IMG/VR virus record: IMGVR_UViG_3300029494_000008 | From: a virus | Strand: one strand, 5' to 3' | DNA: 44,054 bases | Made by a program: the position numbers and the translations under genes | Shown here: positions 40,378 through 44,054 of the stretch, in pieces | Layout of the letters: each line of letters starts with the position of its first letter | Position numbering within the stretch: the stretch's first letter is position 1 | Notes under the pieces: model-generated | Told to the model about the DNA's origin: nothing | What the model saw: only the letters and a program-made list of their open reading frames with translations | Database searches by the model: none

Positions 40378-40553
40378 ACCCGCCGGAAATCAAAAAAGGG
40401 TGTGTTGCCCTATCTCTCCGACTGCATAGCGGCGTGGACTACTTCCTGGGCCTGCCGCTGGACGACCTGAACGACATGGCAAAGGTGGTGCTTGAAATTG
40501 GCAAAAAGCAAGGTCATGGAACTGGCCATAAAAATCGCCGGAAAGGTAGATAA
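40018..40553 (+). CDS. Predicted -1 frameshift fusion product of the tail chaperone (gpE+E' / GT-like).
   Basis: Slippery heptamer G_GGT_TTT at 40344-40350 in the 0 frame. The -1 frame stays open to 40553 and encodes '...DYFLGLPLDDLNDM...'. Confidence 0.55.
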
Positions 40554-42789
40554 ATCCCTGGGGACCAGTACCAAGGCGGCCAACAAGCAACTGGCGACCA
40601 TCCAAAAGGCGGCCAACAAAGTATCCACCACCATGACGGCGGGACTGGCGGCGATGGGGACCGGGGCCATCGCCGCCACCAAGTACCTGGCCGACCTGGG
40701 TGGAGAATGGCAGACGGCCACCAACCAGGTGGCCGCCTCCACCGGCGCGGCCGGGAAGGAACTGGAGGGCCTGCGGGACGTTATGGAGGACGTGTACGCG
40801 GCCAACTACGGGGACAGCGTGGCCGACGTGGGCGACGCGGTGGCCATGGTCAACCGGAACATGGCCAACCTGGACCAGAACGGATTGACGGCGGCCACCG
40901 AGGGCGCCCTGGCCCTGCGGGACGCTTTCGAGTACGACGTGGCGGAAAGCACCAGGGCGGCGGAGGCCATCCGAAAGAACTTCGGTTCCTCCGCAGAGGA
41001 GGCTTTCAGCCTGATCGCGGCCGGCGCACAAAACGGCCTGGACTACTCCGGGGAACTAATCGACACCATCAACGAGTATTCCTCCCAGTTTGCAAAACTG
41101 GGCTTTGACGCGGATGGAATGTTTAACATTCTCCAGGCGGGGGCGGACGGAACCGCCTGGAACCTGGACAAGGTGGGCGACGCCATCAAGGAGTTTTCGA
41201 TCCGGGCCATTGACGGGAGCGACAGCACGGTGGAGGCGTTCACGTCCCTGGGGTACAACGCGGAGAACATCATGGCCACCTTTGCCGCCGGAGGCGAGGG
41301 GGCCAACAAAGCATTTTTTGACGTGATCAACACCCTTATGGCCGTTGACGACCAGGTGGAGCGGGACGCCCTGGGCGTGGCCCTGTTCGGCACCATGTGG
41401 GAGGACCTGGGGACGGAGGCCATGGAGGCCATGGCCGGCGCGTCCCAGGCCGCCTACGATATCGAGGGCGCCCTGGAGAAGATCAACCAGGTCAAGTACA
41501 ACGACCTGGACAGCGCGATCCAGGGGATCGGCCGCCAGATGGAGGTGGCCCTGCTGCCGGCGGCGGACGCCGTGTATCAATCCCTTATGGACAGTATGCC
41601 GGAGATCACGGAGGCCATGGAGGAGGTGTCCCCAGTGATCGCAGAGATCGCCGGGGACTTTGCCGACTGGGCTGGCGGGGCCATTTCGGACGGCCTGCCG
41701 GTCCTGGTGGACGGGATCCGCGACTTTGCAGACTGGGCGGGCAAGGCATACGAAAAGGCCAAGCCGTTCCTGTCCTTCCTGTGGGAGCATAAGGGGACGG
41801 TGCTGGCCGTGGCGGCGGCCCTGCGGGTGCTGGGGCCGGCCATCGGCGCCGTGACCACGGCCATGAACGCATTTAAGACCGCCAAGACCTTTATGGCCCT
41901 CTTGCAATCCTCCGGGAAAATCGCGCAAGTCACCGCAGCATTTCAGCGGTTCGGATCCATCCTGACGGGGCCGCTGGGTATCATCATCGCGGTGGCGGGG
42001 GCCATCGCCCTGCTGTATAAGAACTGGGACACCGTAAAGGCGTGGCTGGTGAATTTCGGCAACACCGTGAACCAGATCTGGACCAACTTTTCCAACATGG
42101 TGGGAAATGCCATCGCGGCCATCGGCCAAAAATTCCCCATGCTGGGCGCGTACCTGCAGGGATGGTGGGAGAGTATCCAGGCGGCGGTGGATAACGTGAA
42201 AGCGATTTTTCAAAATATCATCGACTTTATCAGCAACGTATTTTCCGGCAACTGGAGCGCGGCCTGGCAGAACATTGTAAACATCTTCGGAAATTTGTTC
42301 GGCATGATCGTGAACCTGGCCAAGGCGCCGATCAACGGGGTTATTTCTGCCATTAACTGGGTTATTTCAAAGATCAACAGCATTTCCGTGACGATCCCGG
42401 ACTGGGTGCCGGGCGTGGGCGGCAAAACCCTGGGCTTTAATATCCCCACGATCCCGCAACTGGCGGAGGGCGGCGTGGCCACCTCCCCCACCCTGGCGGA
42501 GATCGGCGAGGGCGGGGAACCGGAGGCCGTCATGCCACTGTCCAAACTGGCGGCCCTGCTGGACGAATACACCAAGAAACCGAAACCGACCGGCGGCACA
42601 GACGGCCAGGAGGGCGGCGACGGGGAAACCATCGTATTCTCCCCCGTGCTGAACTTCTACGGCAAAGCGGACCGCGAGGAGGTGGAGGAGGCCACCCGGA
42701 TCTCCTTCGAGGAGTTCAAGCGCCTGTATAAGCGCCTGAAAGCGGAGGAGCGCCGGAAGAAATTCAAGCCGGAGCCTGCGATGGGGTAA
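40492..42789 (+). CDS. Tail tape measure protein.
   Basis: 765 aa and helical/Ala-Gly-rich, following the chaperone pair. The start is the TTG at 40492 or the ATG at 40516. Confidence 0.85.
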   Translation: MKLAKSKVMELAIKIAGKVDKSLGTSTKAANKQLATIQKAANKVSTTMTAGLAAMGTGAIAATKYLADLGGEWQTATNQVAASTGAAGKELEGLRDVMEDVYAANYGDSVADVGDAVAMVNRNMANLDQNGLTAATEGALALRDAFEYDVAESTRAAEAIRKNFGSSAEEAFSLIAAGAQNGLDYSGELIDTINEYSSQFAKLGFDADGMFNILQAGADGTAWNLDKVGDAIKEFSIRAIDGSDSTVEAFTSLGYNAENIMATFAAGGEGANKAFFDVINTLMAVDDQVERDALGVALFGTMWEDLGTEAMEAMAGASQAAYDIEGALEKINQVKYNDLDSAIQGIGRQMEVALLPAADAVYQSLMDSMPEITEAMEEVSPVIAEIAGDFADWAGGAISDGLPVLVDGIRDFADWAGKAYEKAKPFLSFLWEHKGTVLAVAAALRVLGPAIGAVTTAMNAFKTAKTFMALLQSSGKIAQVTAAFQRFGSILTGPLGIIIAVAGAIALLYKNWDTVKAWLVNFGNTVNQIWTNFSNMVGNAIAAIGQKFPMLGAYLQGWWESIQAAVDNVKAIFQNIIDFISNVFSGNWSAAWQNIVNIFGNLFGMIVNLAKAPINGVISAINWVISKINSISVTIPDWVPGVGGKTLGFNIPTIPQLAEGGVATSPTLAEIGEGGEPEAVMPLSKLAALLDEYTKKPKPTGGTDGQEGGDGETIVFSPVLNFYGKADREEVEEATRISFEEFKRLYKRLKAEERRKKFKPEPAMG

Positions 42790-42799
42790 GGAGGGCGCC

Positions 42800-43012
42800 A
42801 TGGAAAAGACCTATACGACGAAACAGGGCGACGCCTGGGACGCCATCGCGTTCCGGGTGTACGGCGACGTGAAATATACCGGCTTTCTCATGCAGGCCAA
42901 CTTCCCGCACCTGGACACCTTCGTGTTTGACGCGGGGGTGGTCCTCCAAACGCCGGACCTGCCGGAGGACGACGACCTGGCCAACGCGCCGATCTGGAGG
43001 ACCACCGCATGA
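42800..43012 (+). CDS. Tail protein X-like (LysM-like fold, P2 gpX / XkdP-like).
   Basis: 70 aa with 'YTTKQGDAWDAIAFRVYGD', typical of gpX. It lies between the tape measure and gpD-like genes. Confidence 0.65.
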   Translation: MEKTYTTKQGDAWDAIAFRVYGDVKYTGFLMQANFPHLDTFVFDAGVVLQTPDLPEDDDLANAPIWRTTA

Positions 43013-44054
43013 GGACACGGAGAGCGGAAACGGATCTGACCTGGAACGGCGCGGCCGTCACCAGCAAAATGGTGGGCTACAAGGCCACCGTGACCTATAC
43101 GGACGCGGCCAGCGGCGAGGCGGACAGCCTGGAGATCAGCATGAACGACCGGGACCGCCAATGGACCACGGCGTGGATGCCGAAAACCGGGGACACCCTG
43201 ACGGCCGCCATTAAGGTGTACGACTGGGAGCGGGAGGGCGACAACCGGACACTGGACTGCGGATTTTTCATCCTGGACAATTACAGTTTTTCGTGGTGGC
43301 CCATGACCGGGACCATTTCGGCCGTGTCGGTGCCGGCGGATAGCGCTTTCCGGGCGACGCAGCGGACCAAGACCTGGGAAAAGGCCACCCTGCAGGCCAT
43401 AGGAAACGAGATCGCGGCCAGGGCGGGCATTACCCTGACCTGGGACGTGGAGGGGGAACCCATTACCGTCGAAAGCGTGGAGCAATCCGAGCAAACGGAC
43501 TGCGAGTTTTATATGAGCCTGTGCGAGGAATACGGCCTTTCCATGAAGGTGTACGCCCAAAAAATCGTGGTGTACGACCGGGAGCAGTACAAGGAGCGGG
43601 ACGTGGCGGGCACCATCCGGGAAAGCGAGATCGAAAGCGGTTCCTGGAATACCACCCTTGACGGGACCTATACCGGCGGGGAATACACCTACACGGACCC
43701 GAATACCGAGGAGGAGATCAAGGTCACGGTGGGGACGGGAACCCGGATCCTGAAACAATCCGGCAAGGCCGACAACAAGGCCGACGCGGAGCGCAAGATC
43801 ACGGCGGCGGTGGCCAACGCCAACCACGGCGCCACCACCCTGTCCCTGACCATCATGGGGCGGCCGGACCTGGTGGCCAGCCAGTGCGTCACCGTGGTGG
43901 GGATCGGCCGCCTCTCCGGCAAGTATTTTATCGACAGTATCACCCACACGGTGGGCGGAGGATACACCATGGAAATGGAACTGTCCCTGGTGGAGGCCAT
44001 GACCGAGGAAGTGATCAAGGACGCCACGGAGCGCCTGGCGGCGGTGGGCGTCAT
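43009..44054 (+). CDS. gpD-like baseplate hub protein (late control D / XkdQ-like). This is the 5' part. It continues past the window end and finishes at position 370.
   Basis: The ATG at 43009 overlaps the gpX stop. The frame stays open to the window end. Hand translation gives MRTRRAETDLTWNGAAVTSKMVGYKATVTYTDAASGEADSLEISMNDRDRQW..., a gpD-like pattern. Confidence 0.75.
   Translation, partial: MRTRRAETDLTWNGAAVTSKMVGYKATVTYTDAASGEADSLEISMNDRDRQWTTAWMPKTGDTLTAAIKVYDWEREGDNRTLDCGFFILDNYSFSWWPMTGTISAVSVPADSAFRATQRTKTWEKATLQAIGNEIAARAGITLTWDVEGEPITVESVEQSEQTDCEFYMSLCEEYGLSMKVYAQKIVVYDREQYKERDVAGTIRESEIESGSWNTTLDGTYTGGEYTYTDPNTEEEIKVTVGTGTRILKQSGKADNKADAERKITAAVANANHGATTLSLTIMGRPDLVASQCVTVVGIGRLSGKYFIDSITHTVGGGYTMEMELSLVEAMTEEVIKDATERLAAVGV
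43932..44054. repeat. Terminal direct repeat copy 2, identical to 1-123.
   Basis: Same 123-nt string as the window start. Confidence 0.95.

Noticed and set aside
40392-40398. A_AAA_AAG-like run as the tail-chaperone frameshift site.
   Set aside because: It lies downstream of the 0-frame stop (40375-40377), so ribosomes in the chaperone frame never reach it. GGGTTTT at 40344-40350 is the usable site.
1-44054. Searches for CRISPR arrays, tRNA or tmRNA genes, and tyrosine or serine integrases.
   Set aside because: I saw no regularly spaced short direct repeats with unique spacers. The only tandem repeats are coding Ig-like modules. I found no cloverleaf-like sequence with a T-arm 'GGTTCGAATCC'-type motif in the intergenic regions. 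No ORF shows integrase-like R..HxxR..Y or serine-recombinase motifs. This visual scan could miss divergent examples.

Overview
The window is one complete, circularly permuted, GC-rich tailed-phage genome with a contractile tail. Bases 1-123 are identical to 43932-44054, so the unique length is 43,931 bp, and the gpD-like baseplate hub gene runs across that junction. Nearly all real genes are on the + strand. The long minus-strand ORFs in the track are GC-rich antisense artefacts.

Layout:
- P2/Mu/XkdQ-type baseplate: hub, spike V, PAAR, GpU-like, gpW/gp25, gpJ, gpI.
- A 839-aa tail fibre with three Ig-like repeats. Its extreme C-terminus is the variable repeat (VR) of a complete diversity-generating retroelement (DGR): target, avd-like gene, template repeat (TR), reverse transcriptase (3640-8240).
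- Three small unknown genes, then a lysis cassette: NlpC/P60-LysM endolysin flanked by holin-like genes.
- A short minus-strand block and an AT-rich divergent-promoter switch region with 20-bp palindromic operators.
- RHH and XRE regulators, an IS30-family DDE transposase, and an orphan transposase-like HTH protein.
- An early region with three DNA methyltransferases (MT-A70, DPPY-type, and a long C5 enzyme with six tandem TRD-like modules), an HD hydrolase, a membrane-anchored lytic transglycosylase, an HUH rolling-circle Rep-like protein, DUF4406-like, Gp37/Gp68-like, ASCH and DUF1064-like proteins, and a sigma-r4-like late regulator.
- A roughly 500-bp structured non-coding region, then terS, lambda-gpA-type terL, gpW, lambda-type portal, prohead protease, capsid and neck genes.
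- A reverse-oriented SWIM zinc-finger gene inserted in the structural operon.
- Sheath, tube, chaperone with a -1 frameshift site, tape measure, gpX and gpD.

I recognised no tyrosine or serine integrase, no tRNA and no CRISPR array. All family assignments come from motif recognition by eye and gene order. No database search was possible.
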